A stretch of 64,000 nucleotides of DNA from Desulfobacterales bacterium (GTDB taxonomy: Bacteria > Desulfobacterota > Desulfobacteria > Desulfobacterales > JAFDCJ01), in contig JASJCE010000003.1 of the NCBI GenBank assembly GCA_030066155.1, forward strand, positions 3,258 through 67,257, written 5' to 3'. The notes beneath the pieces are model-generated. The model searched no databases. It saw nothing but the letters and a program-made list of their open reading frames with translations, and was not told where the DNA came from. Positions within the stretch are counted from its first letter, which is position 1. Each line of letters starts with the position of its first letter. This document shows, in pieces, positions 38,579-48,872 of the stretch. Position numbers and translations under genes: made by a program.

Positions 38579-39337
38579 TCAAAGGTGATCTGCAAATTCA
38601 GACAGAATCACATCATGCAGCTTGCGGCCGATAGTCAGGCCAAGATCGATAAATTGAGGTCCGTATTTTTTGCCGGTTTGCGACCGGAAGGTTGATTTGA
38701 TTTTCTCAAGCCCCGCCATACCTTTTGGATAGCGCGCCATGAATTTACTGAGAGGCGGATTGTAAACGGATATCATATCCCAGAGGGTGTGCGAAAAGTT
38801 ATCGGGTCCCCAGCGGAATTTATCCGCATCGTAAAGGCAGTCAGAAACCAGGGATCCTTCGGCCGATTCAATCTGGATCGTTTCTTTAAAAGCTTCATGG
38901 TTTTGAATGGCCCGGCAAATGTCTTCAACCTCATCCGGCCTCAGCGCGAAATCCCGGAGAATCTCGGCTGCAAATTCAGCGCCCCGTCTGGCATGATCTT
39001 TCTTCTTGCGCTTGATGTCATGCAGCAGTCCGGCACATTGAACAATGCACATCCGGCGCCTTAATTTTTTCTGTTCATACCCGGCAGCCAGCCCCTCGAT
39101 GTGAAGTATTGCACCGGCATCTTCAGTCACCTTAATCGCATGTTCCAATCCATGACCAAAATTGTCGGCCAGATTCGAGCTGACGAAATGCTGCATTTTT
39201 TTTAGAATGGGATCCGTTGCAAGGTATTCCCTGGAAATGGCGGTGGCCTGGCGATGTTCTCGATAAAAATCCGGCGGGGGCAAAGCTGAAACTATTTTGC
39301 GGGCCCGCTCACGCAGGCGGGCGTAGATTGGCTGCAT
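38579..39337 (-). CDS. HD-domain phosphohydrolase
   Basis: GHGLEH, GLLHDI, NHEAF, LYDADKF. Confidence 0.85.
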   Translation of the reverse strand: MQPIYARLRERARKIVSALPPPDFYREHRQATAISREYLATDPILKKMQHFVSSNLADNFGHGLEHAIKVTEDAGAILHIEGLAAGYEQKKLRRRMCIVQCAGLLHDIKRKKKDHARRGAEFAAEILRDFALRPDEVEDICRAIQNHEAFKETIQIESAEGSLVSDCLYDADKFRWGPDNFSHTLWDMISVYNPPLSKFMARYPKGMAGLEKIKSTFRSQTGKKYGPQFIDLGLTIGRKLHDVILSEFADHL

Positions 39338-39509
39338 TATACGGGAGCTTCCCTGTGGTGCTGGATGAATCGGAATTGTCGTTTGGAAAATGGAGATTGC
39401 CGGATGTGTTGGGTATCACGTTGGATGTCAACCTGTCGGCAGCCAATTAGCAATCCCAAACCCGCAACTCCCCACCGCAATGGAATGACAATATGATCAA
39501 TACTCCGGG

Positions 39510-40004
39510 CTAACCTTCTATCAGCGAGTAGGGTTGCCCGCAGACTTTCCAGCCACCATCTTCTTTGATGACGGTCAGGGTTTCTTTCACATCGTAGGTT
39601 TCACCAAGAACGAAGACTTTGGAAACCAGTCCAAAAATTGGATTGATGGCTCGAATGCGGCTGCTGGTAAGGTGCACCTGGGCTGAGTTCTCGTCAATCA
39701 TCTCAGCCTCGATCTCAATGTCGGAGAGGGCCATTTTCATCCAGCTAGGTTTAAAACCATTGGCCCGCGCCTCATCCGAGACACGATTGATATAATTATT
39801 CACAATGTCGGTTTCCTCATCTCCGACCAGCTCGCTGCAGAGATAATCCGCCATGCCGTCTTTCAATTTGAAGTAGGCCTTTGAAAACTCGACTGCCGCC
39901 TTGCCGGGTGTGTCATTCCGATCTGCAAATATTAAAATCACCTGCAATACAAACGCTGCAATGACAACACCTGCCAGTACCATCAGGTTCTTACTGCTGT
40001 CCAT
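39510..40004 (-). CDS. Membrane-anchored hypothetical protein (NTF2/DUF4878-like)
   Basis: GGAGG RBS before MDSSK; one TM; ends KEDGGWKV. Confidence 0.7.
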   Translation of the reverse strand: MDSSKNLMVLAGVVIAAFVLQVILIFADRNDTPGKAAVEFSKAYFKLKDGMADYLCSELVGDEETDIVNNYINRVSDEARANGFKPSWMKMALSDIEIEAEMIDENSAQVHLTSSRIRAINPIFGLVSKVFVLGETYDVKETLTVIKEDGGWKVCGQPYSLIEG

Positions 40005-40195
40005 AAATGAAACCTCCAATTTTTGCAGGAACATGGTAAATGCAAGCGGGATAGATACCATGAATTAGCATCGAAAACAAGAATTTTTATACCGGTTGCC
40101 TTAAGTACATTTCATTTGCACTTGACGTCATTGAATATCGGAATCAGATTTACGAGACTCCGGATTTCGGGACAGGCATAATAAGGCAGGTACTT

Positions 40196-40573
40196 ATGGA
40201 AAAGGGCAAAGAGTCTATTATAGGTCACATTGGAAAGGCATTTATCTGGTCGGTAGCCGGAATTCAGACTGCCTGGAAAAATGAGCTGGCGTTTCGGGTG
40301 GAAACCATAATTATCCTCATGATGACACCGGTCGGAATTTGGCTGGGAAAAACGGCAGCGGAGAGGGCCCTGCTGATCGCGTCCGCCCTGTTGATTCTGA
40401 TCATCGAGTTGTTGAACTCGGCCCTCGAAGCAGTTGTGGATCGGATCGGACTGGAACGGCATGAGTTGTCAGGCCGCGCCAAGGATATGGGCTCAGCCGC
40501 CGCATTTATCGCCATGATGACAGCCGCGATAGTTTGGGCTCTGATGGCCTATGAACGGTTTTGTGGCTCATAA
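40196..40573 (+). CDS. dgkA: Diacylglycerol kinase
   Basis: ELAFRVE, ELLNSALEAVVD, AKDMGSAA. Confidence 0.95.
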   Translation: MEKGKESIIGHIGKAFIWSVAGIQTAWKNELAFRVETIIILMMTPVGIWLGKTAAERALLIASALLILIIELLNSALEAVVDRIGLERHELSGRAKDMGSAAAFIAMMTAAIVWALMAYERFCGS

Positions 40574-40579
40574 AGGGAT

Positions 40580-41278
40580 TTACCGGATAAGGCATTCTTC
40601 AACGGATTGTTCGGCCAGCATTTTGAGCTCCAGCATCTCATCATCGCTGGATTCAAAATTACCGGGCTGAAAAAACTCGGGATGCAGGACCTCGCTTTGG
40701 CGAAAGCGCTGCAGGGCATAAAGCCGGGCACCCGTTATTAATTGTAGGATGTTGGCGACCGTCCGGGAAGTCACGATGGGCTTGACGCAGGTCGTTCGGA
40801 ATTCGTAATCGACTCCGGAATCCATAATCAATTCGATGCTCTCAACGATGGGATCCGGCCGGCAGTCCGATTTGATGTATGATTGGTATAACACCGGATC
40901 GGTTTTGAGGTCCATGGCGATATAGTCCACCAGATTCGCTTCAACCAGGCTTTTAATCACCCGGGGTTTACTGCCGTTGGTGTCCAGTTTAACCGGAAAG
41001 TCGAGTTCCTTGATCTTGCGGCAAATATCCAGGAGATCCGGTTGCAAAGTCGGTTCGCCTCCGGAAACGACAACCCCATCCAGAAAGCCTCGACGCTGAT
41101 GGAGAAAACCGAACAGCCTATCCGGATCCACATGCTTCGGACACGTCGATGGGCCGGCCACTAGAGCCGGATTGTGGCAATACGGGCAGTCGAAGTTGCA
41201 GCCCGAACAGAATATAACAGAACTCACCTTCCCGGGATAATCAATTAAAGAGCTTTTTTGGATGCCGCCGATGTTCAT
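40580..41278 (-). CDS. nrdG: Anaerobic ribonucleotide reductase activase (radical SAM)
   Basis: SLIDYPG, GCNFDCPYCHN, SGGEPT, KLDTNG; adjacent to nrdD. Confidence 0.93.
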   Translation of the reverse strand: MNIGGIQKSSLIDYPGKVSSVIFCSGCNFDCPYCHNPALVAGPSTCPKHVDPDRLFGFLHQRRGFLDGVVVSGGEPTLQPDLLDICRKIKELDFPVKLDTNGSKPRVIKSLVEANLVDYIAMDLKTDPVLYQSYIKSDCRPDPIVESIELIMDSGVDYEFRTTCVKPIVTSRTVANILQLITGARLYALQRFRQSEVLHPEFFQPGNFESSDDEMLELKMLAEQSVEECLIR

Positions 41279-41292
41279 AAATGTACTCCAGA

Positions 41293-41437
41293 TGTCAGAA
41301 AACAGAAATCAGATGACAGAAGTCAGAAGACAGAAGACAGAAGTCAGATGACAGATGACAGAGGTCAGATGTCAGATTTTTCGGAATCGCTGTGTTTCTT
41401 ACCCTCTGACATCTGATTTCTGTCTTCTGACTTCTGT
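41293..41437. repeat. Heptamer tandem/inverted repeat between nrdD and nrdG
   Basis: (CAGAAGA/CAGATGA)n on the left, (TCTGAC/TCTGTC)n on the right. Confidence 0.8.
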
Positions 41438-43540
41438 TTAGCTTGCCACCCTGAACGTCTTGCGGTCGCCGTACTCCGCCAGCTTGCCGCTGTTCCACTG
41501 CTTCACCGGCCGTAGATAGCCGACCACGCGCGAATAAATTTCCGTTTCCTGATTACAGATAGTGCAGTTGGTCTGCTCACCGTCAAGATATCCGTGTGAT
41601 GGACAAATGCTGAAGGTTGGCGTCAGGGTAAAGTAGGGTAGCCTGTAGTTCGACGCGATTTTTCGGATCATACTCTTAATGGCGTCGGTGTTACTCACCT
41701 GTTCACCGAGAAATATATGCATCACCGTGCCGCCCGTATATTTGGCCTGCAATTCGTCCTGCAATCTGAGGGTCTCGAAAATATCGTCTGTATAATTGAC
41801 CGGCAATTGACTGGAGTTTGTGTAATATGGAGCGGTCCCATTGTCCGTTTCCGTGTCGTTGGCGCAGATGATATCGGGGTGCAGCCTTTTGTCCAGCATG
41901 GCCAGTCGATAGGACGTCCCCTCGGCCGGCGTGGCTTCAAGGTTGAAAATCTCCCCGCTTTCTTCCTGCACTTTGGACAAATGATTGCGAATGAAATCCA
42001 TGACTTCCAGAGAAAATTGCTGGCCGTGCTCGCTGGTGATGTCTTCGCCCAGAAAGTTCCGGCAGGCCTCGTTCATACCGATGACACCGATCGTGGAAAA
42101 ATGGTTTTTCCAATACATACCGGTGCCGCTTTTGATGTCTCTCAAATAAAACCTGGAGTAGGGATATAAATTCTTCTCGGTAAACTTTTCAAGTACTTTA
42201 CGCTTGATGGCCAGGCTTTTCACCGCCATCTGAATCTGTTTAATCAGGATGGCATAAAATTCAGTTTTAATCTGGCTGACATATCCGATGCGCGGCAGAT
42301 TGATGGTTACCACGCCGATGGATCCGGTCAGCGGGTTGGCCCCAAAAAGGCCACCGCCGCGCTTCAGCAGTTCCCGATTGTCCAGACGCAGCCGACAGCA
42401 CATGGACCGGGCATCTTCCGGGGACATGTCGGAATTGACAAAATTGGAAAAATAAGGAATTCCGTACCTGCCGGTCATTTTCCAGACCGGCTCGAGGTTT
42501 GGATTAGCCCAGTCGAAATCGGCTGTGATATTGTAGGTCGGAATCGGAAAGGAAAACACCCGTCCTTTGGCATCGCCTTCCATCATAACTTCAGCGAAGG
42601 CCCGGTTGATCAGATCCATTTCATTCTGGAATTCGGCATACGTTTCCTCCCGGTCGACGCCTCCCACAACAGCGGCTTGATCCTTGAGGATCGAAGGCAC
42701 GCAGAGATCCATGGTGATATTGGTGAACGGCGTTTGAAAACCGACCCGTGTCGGAATATTAATGTTGAAAATAAACTCCTGCAATGCCTGCTTGACCTCG
42801 GGGTAATCGAGCTGATCGAAGCGCACGAATGGGGCCAGCAGCGTATCAAAATTGGAAATCGCCTGTGCGCCGGCGGCTTCGCCCTGCAGGGTATAGAAAA
42901 AATTAACAATTTGACCGAGCGCCGAGCGCAAATGTTTCGGCGGTGAGCTTTCAACCTTACCCGCCACGCCCTTGAACCCCTGGCGCAGCAAATCCTGCAA
43001 ATCCCAGCCGACACAGTACACGGACAGCAGGCTCAGGTCATGGATGTGAATATCGCCGTTTTTGTGGGCATTTCTGATTTCCGGCGGATAGATGCTATTC
43101 AGCCAATATTCCGATGTAATGTCTGAGGATATGTAATTGTTGAGCCCCTGCAGCGAGTAGCTCATGTTACTGTTCTCATTTACCTTCCAGTCAAGTTTCT
43201 GGATGTAGTGATCCACCAGGTCCACATTGGCCCGGGTCGCCATCCGGCGAATCTGGGCGTGCTGTGCCCGGTATAAAATATAGGCTTTGGCCGTCTGGTA
43301 ATATACCGAATCCAGCAGCACCCGTTCGACGATGTCCTGGATCTCTTCCACTTCAGGCACAGGACCCAGACGCAATTCATGCGCCAGAGTTAAAACCCGC
43401 AGGGTTAGTTTCTTTGCCTCCCGTTCTTCAAACTCGCCGGTAGCGTGGCCGGCCTTGGCGATGGCGGCCGTAATTTTGAACGAATCAAAATCGACAACGC
43501 TTCCATTTCTCTTCTTGATTTTATCAAACACTTCAGACAT
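41438..43540 (-). CDS. nrdD: Class III anaerobic ribonucleoside-triphosphate reductase with ATP cone
   Basis: N-terminal KRNG ATP cone; SVYCVGW; RSMCCRL; CPSHG..CTIC; YSRVVGYL glycyl-radical loop. Confidence 0.96.
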   Translation of the reverse strand: MSEVFDKIKKRNGSVVDFDSFKITAAIAKAGHATGEFEEREAKKLTLRVLTLAHELRLGPVPEVEEIQDIVERVLLDSVYYQTAKAYILYRAQHAQIRRMATRANVDLVDHYIQKLDWKVNENSNMSYSLQGLNNYISSDITSEYWLNSIYPPEIRNAHKNGDIHIHDLSLLSVYCVGWDLQDLLRQGFKGVAGKVESSPPKHLRSALGQIVNFFYTLQGEAAGAQAISNFDTLLAPFVRFDQLDYPEVKQALQEFIFNINIPTRVGFQTPFTNITMDLCVPSILKDQAAVVGGVDREETYAEFQNEMDLINRAFAEVMMEGDAKGRVFSFPIPTYNITADFDWANPNLEPVWKMTGRYGIPYFSNFVNSDMSPEDARSMCCRLRLDNRELLKRGGGLFGANPLTGSIGVVTINLPRIGYVSQIKTEFYAILIKQIQMAVKSLAIKRKVLEKFTEKNLYPYSRFYLRDIKSGTGMYWKNHFSTIGVIGMNEACRNFLGEDITSEHGQQFSLEVMDFIRNHLSKVQEESGEIFNLEATPAEGTSYRLAMLDKRLHPDIICANDTETDNGTAPYYTNSSQLPVNYTDDIFETLRLQDELQAKYTGGTVMHIFLGEQVSNTDAIKSMIRKIASNYRLPYFTLTPTFSICPSHGYLDGEQTNCTICNQETEIYSRVVGYLRPVKQWNSGKLAEYGDRKTFRVAS

Positions 43541-43582
43541 CGCTCTCGCTTTCTAATAAATGGTTATTTTCGGTTTTCTAAT

Positions 43583-43680
43583 CAGGACCTGACCAGCCCC
43601 ATTCGGCACGAATTTATCCGGTCCGGTTGAAATGCATCGGACGCGCTGAGCCTGTCCTGCCGGCTTCCAAATGGCAGTCA
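43583..43680 (-). ncRNA. Candidate structured cis-regulatory leader RNA of nrdD
   Basis: Nested pairings on minus strand: CAGGAC/GUCCUG, GCGCG/CGUGC, GUCCG/CGGAC. Confidence 0.4.
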
Positions 43681-43838
43681 ATTCGAGATATGTAGTCTCA
43701 ACTATATAACTGTTCAGAAGTTAAAGCCAAAAAGGAGCGCTGTCTCTGCACCGAATGAAAAGCAGAACCAACGCCGTGATACGGCATGACGCCGTGTTGG
43801 GTGGGTACCCGGTAATTTTTGATGATAATTCATTTTTA

Positions 43839-43884
43839 CCACAATATATTGCCATAAGTCAATTTTTTTTTCCATATATTGTGG
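43839..43884. promoter_or_regulatory. Tandem NrdR boxes
   Basis: CCACAATATATTGCCA and TTTCCATATATTGTGG ~30 bp apart upstream of nrdD. Confidence 0.7.
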
Positions 43885-44122
43885 AATAAGGGATTGATGC
43901 TGCCGCACTGCGAATTGGAACGTTGTCGAACCAGCAGTTACGGGCTCAACGTAGGAACTGTGGTGGACTTCACTTGTCGACCGAGGGGTCAGACAACAAA
44001 TACGATAAGCCGTAGAACCAAAATAGGTTAGCGTTTCATATCGTCAAGACGGAGCTCTGTTTTTCGCCTTAAATTAGGATAGCCGCCATCAAATATATAC
44101 TCTACTTTTTCTTCGAGTTTTT

Positions 44123-45028
44123 TTAAGACAGGTCCTGAAACCAGTTTTTGAATCGATCATCTTTAAACTGCATAATATCCGTCATCGCCTGCATGACCTG
44201 TCGCGTAACGGGGCCGGGACCGGGCAGTTCCCGATCTTCCAGCCGGATTATGGGCTCCACTTTGATTCCGGTATGGGCCGTAAACGCTTCATCGGCGTCC
44301 AGCAATTCAGCAGCGGTAATAGGTCCTTCCTTGACGGAAATGTCGATGGCCGGAGCGGCATCGAGGATCGACATGCGCGTTATACTCGATAGAACTCTTC
44401 CCAAAGGCGGCGTCTTTAACACGCCATCCTTGACGACAAAAATAGATTCAATGGAGCCTTCGGCCAGAAAGCCATCGGTGCTCAACAAAATGCCGATATC
44501 GTATCCTCTAAGGGCAGCATCCCTGCGGGCCAGATACCCATTGAGATAGTTTGAGCAGGCTTTGGCACCGACCGGTACCGTCTCGGGATGGATTTTGCGC
44601 CACTTTGACACGCAGGCGGATAGCGGCCTGGGTTGATCCAATTCCAAATCTTCATTTTCAGGAATGGCAAATATAGCCAGGTCCAGCCTGGAATCCAGCA
44701 CCAGGTTAATCAGTGCCTCCTCCCCCCAGTAAGCAAACATTTTAACAATTCCGCGGCCGAGGTTATTCTCTCTGACAACGATCTTGACGGCATCGACGAT
44801 TTCCGCATCGGAATAAGCCATTTGCATCCCCAGCAGCTCGGCGCTTTTCATCAGCCGCTTGATATGTTCATCCATACGAAAAGCTAACGGACCCTTCGGC
44901 CCGACATGCACCCCGAAAACATCAAAAATTGCGGAAGCTCGCGAAAATCCGTGGGATAGGATCGGCACCGTCGCCTCCGCCCGGGGAATCAGCTCCCCAT
45001 TCAGCCAGACCTTGGAATTGTTGTTCAT
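44123..45028 (-). CDS. ilvE: Branched-chain amino acid aminotransferase (class IV PLP)
   Basis: WLNGE, FRMDEHIKRL, AKACSNY, LAEG, SITR. Confidence 0.85.
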   Translation of the reverse strand: MNNNSKVWLNGELIPRAEATVPILSHGFSRASAIFDVFGVHVGPKGPLAFRMDEHIKRLMKSAELLGMQMAYSDAEIVDAVKIVVRENNLGRGIVKMFAYWGEEALINLVLDSRLDLAIFAIPENEDLELDQPRPLSACVSKWRKIHPETVPVGAKACSNYLNGYLARRDAALRGYDIGILLSTDGFLAEGSIESIFVVKDGVLKTPPLGRVLSSITRMSILDAAPAIDISVKEGPITAAELLDADEAFTAHTGIKVEPIIRLEDRELPGPGPVTRQVMQAMTDIMQFKDDRFKNWFQDLS

Positions 45029-45172
45029 CAGCTACCTCATAATTTCTGTTTATCTTCTCCGGTTCCTGATACCCATAAACTCGGGCGCTTTATATCGGGA
45101 CTCGATGCTCTATTCGCTCTGCCCCATGCTATTTCAATCCCCAATCCGCATTCCAAAATCCGATATCGACTC

Positions 45173-46120
45173 TTACTTCGTAATCCAGATGTAGTCCGCA
45201 ATCTCAAGATCGACCTCACTGCCCACCGGAGTCAGGTAAACGGTCCGAAAGTCTGCCGCCGTGTGTTGATAGGCACGGTCGGGGATGCCGTATTTGAACT
45301 GGATATGGCCGTTTCCGGCCAGAACGACCATGGTCCCGCTGTTCAGGTTTTTAGCGATCCGTTCCGCCATGATATCCTCCCAGACAACCTGGGCCGCATA
45401 AAAATCTTCAAACCGGACATCTCCCCTGAAGTGCTGACGGTGGCCGTCGAATACTTTCTGAATATACTCCCGGTGGGCTGCATAGGAAAGATTAATGTTC
45501 TCCGGCAGCAGTTTCTTTTCCTCCACGCTCAAATTCTCAATGCCGCCAACCGGAATCTTCTTCGTCACATAGCCGGGGATGTTTAATGCCACGAGGCGAA
45601 TGTTGTTATCCCGAATGTAATTCAAAATATCGCGATACAACCCGAAATCGTAGCGCCAGTTCGCATACCAGTGGGTTTTGCGCAAAAAGGTTGCTTCATC
45701 CAAGCTACCGGCCGTCCACTGATCGAGGACATTCTGATAGGTAAAATCAAACATTTCCATTCCGACCGCCAGGTTCGGAACAGCGGCATGTGCGGCCTGA
45801 ATGATCTGAAGTTGAATTTCATGGTGAGCTTTGTTGGTGTGTTGTTCGCCGGCATAAATGATTTGACATTGCGTTAAATCCCGAAAAACATCTTCAATCG
45901 CAAGTGGTTTGCCGGATTTGGAGGAAATAATGGTATTCTCTGCGAAGGTTTTTGACGAATCATCGACCTTCGGCATTTTTCTCGGTGTCACACTGCAGCC
46001 CCAAACAAAGAAGGTGAGAAACAGACCGGCTGAAAAAAATACCAGCCACTGAAGTTGGAATCCTGCTTTAGAGATCGGTCTGATAGGTTTCATATCTTGA
46101 TTTTTTGCCCCGGTCAGCAT
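45173..46120 (-). CDS. ChaN-family (iron-regulated, heme-binding) lipoprotein
   Basis: Lipobox VWGC; GEQH, GMEMF, AQVVWE..MA, AGNGH; start may be 46093. Confidence 0.8.
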   Translation of the reverse strand: MLTGAKNQDMKPIRPISKAGFQLQWLVFFSAGLFLTFFVWGCSVTPRKMPKVDDSSKTFAENTIISSKSGKPLAIEDVFRDLTQCQIIYAGEQHTNKAHHEIQLQIIQAAHAAVPNLAVGMEMFDFTYQNVLDQWTAGSLDEATFLRKTHWYANWRYDFGLYRDILNYIRDNNIRLVALNIPGYVTKKIPVGGIENLSVEEKKLLPENINLSYAAHREYIQKVFDGHRQHFRGDVRFEDFYAAQVVWEDIMAERIAKNLNSGTMVVLAGNGHIQFKYGIPDRAYQHTAADFRTVYLTPVGSEVDLEIADYIWITK

Positions 46121-46229
46121 AGAATTTAATTATTGCAATATAATACCAAAGTTTGGTGGTTGCAAAAAAATTGCTCGAATTTCAGCACAGCCTGCAGGCA
46201 GTGCCGTCAATTGCAAATTTATAACAGTC

Positions 46230-46481
46230 ATGCCAACCGATAAAAGCCCCGTATTCAGAAAAGCCATTATCCCCTGGTATCACTCCAAACTGGTCTATGG
46301 AGCGATGATTACCTTTATGCTGCTGGTATTGCTTTTCGGCCTGGCTGGAATTTCGGTGGCCCGGGAAAATCTGCAGTTTAATGACTATATCTGGGTGCCG
46401 ATTGTTCTGGTTGTGCTGAGCGGGGGTATTATCCTTTTTAACATTATTCGCTTAATCAGACGGCACACATCCTCCCGGTGA
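46230..46481 (+). CDS. Small 2-TM membrane protein
   Basis: PVFRKAIIPWY plus two hydrophobic helices. Confidence 0.7.
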   Translation: MPTDKSPVFRKAIIPWYHSKLVYGAMITFMLLVLLFGLAGISVARENLQFNDYIWVPIVLVVLSGGIILFNIIRLIRRHTSSR

Positions 46482-46512
46482 TGTCCTATCCAAAGAGGTG
46501 AAAATTAAAAAA

Positions 46513-47130
46513 TTACGTCGCTAGAATCGGGTACATCAGCTCGATGAAATGGTGCAGAATACGGGCGGTGGCCCCCCACACCTCAACATCCTCGAATGGA
46601 TATCTGAGCTCCTGGATATCCGGGATGCGATTGTGGAAGCCTCTCTCAATGTGGGTTTGCACCAGGTCCTGCAAAGGGATTTCCAGGATCCGTGATATCT
46701 CGATAGGGTCGTGGTGCAGGGGTCCGATGCCGTTCCACAAGCCGGCAAAAACTTCGATATCCCGGTGGTTGATGGTTTGGAAATGCCCGATGGAGCCAAG
46801 CAGCCGCACCTGATCGCGACGAATGTTCACCTCTTCTTCCAATTCACGGAAGGCGCCATCCAGGGGGCTGGCGTCAGCCGAGTCGAGATGTCCGCCCGGC
46901 AGGGCGACCTGGTTGCTCCAGGCGTAACCCTGGCTGGCCGCTTTCTGGATAGCCAGAATATGGGGGTTTTCGGGATTGAATACGAGCAGAAAAACACAGG
47001 CCGGTTTATAGGATCCGGTTTCAGGAGCTGGGGGTGCGTCGTTTTCCCGGATAACGGCCTGTAGATCGGCAAATCCAATGGGACGGAATTCAGGTTGTTT
47101 AAGGTGCAGAGTCGGTTTCATTCGAGACAA
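46513..47130 (-). CDS. Nudix CoA pyrophosphatase-like
   Basis: QVALPGG...AFRELEEEV Nudix box; VWGATARIL. Confidence 0.88.
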   Translation of the reverse strand: MSRMKPTLHLKQPEFRPIGFADLQAVIRENDAPPAPETGSYKPACVFLLVFNPENPHILAIQKAASQGYAWSNQVALPGGHLDSADASPLDGAFRELEEEVNIRRDQVRLLGSIGHFQTINHRDIEVFAGLWNGIGPLHHDPIEISRILEIPLQDLVQTHIERGFHNRIPDIQELRYPFEDVEVWGATARILHHFIELMYPILAT

Positions 47131-47148
47131 ACTACTATACCGGTGCGG

Positions 47149-47583
47149 TCACTGTCCAGTATTTCCATTCATGACATTCTTTAACATTCTTTTCATTAGG
47201 TCAGGCTGTATATATCCGGGCTGATGTCCGATCGGCTTTCCATCTTCGGCGATAAACCAGTTGTCGGGAAGGGCCCTGATCCTGAAAAGCCGTGAGGCCT
47301 CCTGCTCTTTATCCGTATTGACTTTTATCGGAATGAAATTTTTGTTGATGTAGGCAACCACCGCCGGATCTTTAAAGGTTTTGTTCTCCATGATTCTGCA
47401 AGCGCCACACCAGTTCGCATAGAAATGGAGATAAATTTTCTTATTTTCAGTTTTGCCGCGAGCGATGCCGTCTTCAAGACCGTGCCAGTTTATTTCTTTA
47501 GCCGATACCGGAAAATGAAAAATTCCCGGCAGCCAGCCGGCCAATATCAAAAACCAAATTCCAACCCATCTTAAATTCAACAA
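47149..47583 (-). CDS. Exported thioredoxin-family protein
   Basis: Signal peptide; FYANWCGACR. Confidence 0.85.
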   Translation of the reverse strand: MLNLRWVGIWFLILAGWLPGIFHFPVSAKEINWHGLEDGIARGKTENKKIYLHFYANWCGACRIMENKTFKDPAVVAYINKNFIPIKVNTDKEQEASRLFRIRALPDNWFIAEDGKPIGHQPGYIQPDLMKRMLKNVMNGNTGQ

Positions 47584-47774
47584 TGGACTCTCCTGTCACC
47601 CCGTCGATAAAAATGCATCTAACCAAAATTCTAGCATTTATCGCTTTGAATTGCAAATTTTCGCAATCCAACAGAATTCAAAATAGCACCAATTAACTAT
47701 GAGTTCAGCCGGTTCAAAAACAAGGGTCACAAGATTAAATTGGCTTGGATTTAAACCATATTAATCGAAAAAAT

Positions 47775-48629
47775 CTAGCTGCGATTATTGACTTCGCAGA
47801 AATTTTGGGTCATTGATTCGCCCAGTTCCTTGGAGCGGTTGGTGGCTGCTTCAACGGCGTTGATCAGGGTAGTCCGCAGGCCCCCGCTTTCAAGGGTTGC
47901 CAATCCGGCAATCGCCGTGCCGCCTGGCGAGGTCACCTTATCCTTCAGCTGTCCGGGGTGCTCCTGAGTTTCGATTAACAGTTTGGCTGCCCCCAGAACG
48001 GTTTGAGCCGCCAGAAAAAGGGATTCCTGCCGGGAGAGGCCCATTTTTACGCCGGCATCGGCCAGCGCATCCACAATCAGGAAAATGTAGGCCGGTCCGC
48101 TGCCGCTCAATCCCGTGATGGCATCCATCAAATAGTTTTCTTCTAAGAAAATGCTCTTTCCTATGGAGTTGAAAATCTCCATAGCCAGTTCGACATCCTC
48201 TTTGGTGGCGTGTTCCCCGGCAGCGATGGCGGTTGCAGCCTCTTTGACGGCGGCGGCGATATTGGGCATGACGCGGATCAGGCGCATGTTCTTTTCGACA
48301 CAGGATTCCATGGCCGCCAGCGGCACACCGGCGGCGATGGAGATAACCAGTTTGGACATGTCCAGTTTCGGCCCGGTTTCGATCAAGACGGATGCCATGA
48401 GTTGCGGCTTGACCGCATAAATAACAATATCGGCTTCGGAGACGGCTTTCAGATTGTTGGCAGTGGTGCGGACTTTGTACCTGGATTTAATCTCGTTGAG
48501 CTTGTCCTTACGGACATCCGAACAGATAATGTTCCTGGGCTTGGAGGATCCGGAGACAATTAATCCGCTGACCAGCGCATCTCCCATGTTCCCCGTGCCG
48601 ATAATAGCGATCACTTTGTCGTTCAGCAT
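47775..48629 (-). CDS. proC: Pyrroline-5-carboxylate reductase
   Basis: IGTGNMG, AVKPQ, SIAAG, RVMPN, SGSGPAY, VTSPGGT; start at MLNDK. Confidence 0.96.
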   Translation of the reverse strand: MLNDKVIAIIGTGNMGDALVSGLIVSGSSKPRNIICSDVRKDKLNEIKSRYKVRTTANNLKAVSEADIVIYAVKPQLMASVLIETGPKLDMSKLVISIAAGVPLAAMESCVEKNMRLIRVMPNIAAAVKEAATAIAAGEHATKEDVELAMEIFNSIGKSIFLEENYLMDAITGLSGSGPAYIFLIVDALADAGVKMGLSRQESLFLAAQTVLGAAKLLIETQEHPGQLKDKVTSPGGTAIAGLATLESGGLRTTLINAVEAATNRSKELGESMTQNFCEVNNRS

Positions 48630-48730
48630 AATACAAGATCCCTTATAGGTGGTTATCAACAATGAAATGAAACGATACTGATAGGATTTCACCCGATAGA
48701 AGTCAAGCAATAAATAAAACCCCGAAAAGA

Positions 48731-48790
48731 TTGAACGTCCAACGTCGAACTTCCAACATCGAACATCCAATATGGATATCGCTGCGCTCT
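48731..48790. repeat. Heptamer tandem repeat
   Basis: GAACGTC-CAACGTC-GAACTTC-CAACATC-GAACATC. Confidence 0.6.
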
Positions 48791-48872
48791 TGCAATCTTA
48801 TCAAACGAACGAACCATAAAATTTTAAATAGGGAAATTGCTGTAGCAACTTTGGCTACGATTGCGGTCCGTT

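Noticed and set aside
41293-41437. Possible CRISPR array (also 7927-8096 and 62534-62762)
   Set aside because: Units are 7 bp, degenerate and lack unique spacers; no cas genes are present
43583-43680. Cobalamin riboswitch upstream of nrdD
   Set aside because: No recognisable B12-box/GGGAA-GCCACUG core; kept only as an unassigned structured leader
48630-48770. Extended N-terminus of proC; likewise 55361-55486 for the LonB-like gene
   Set aside because: The extensions run through a heptamer repeat or overlap the upstream gene; downstream starts fit better
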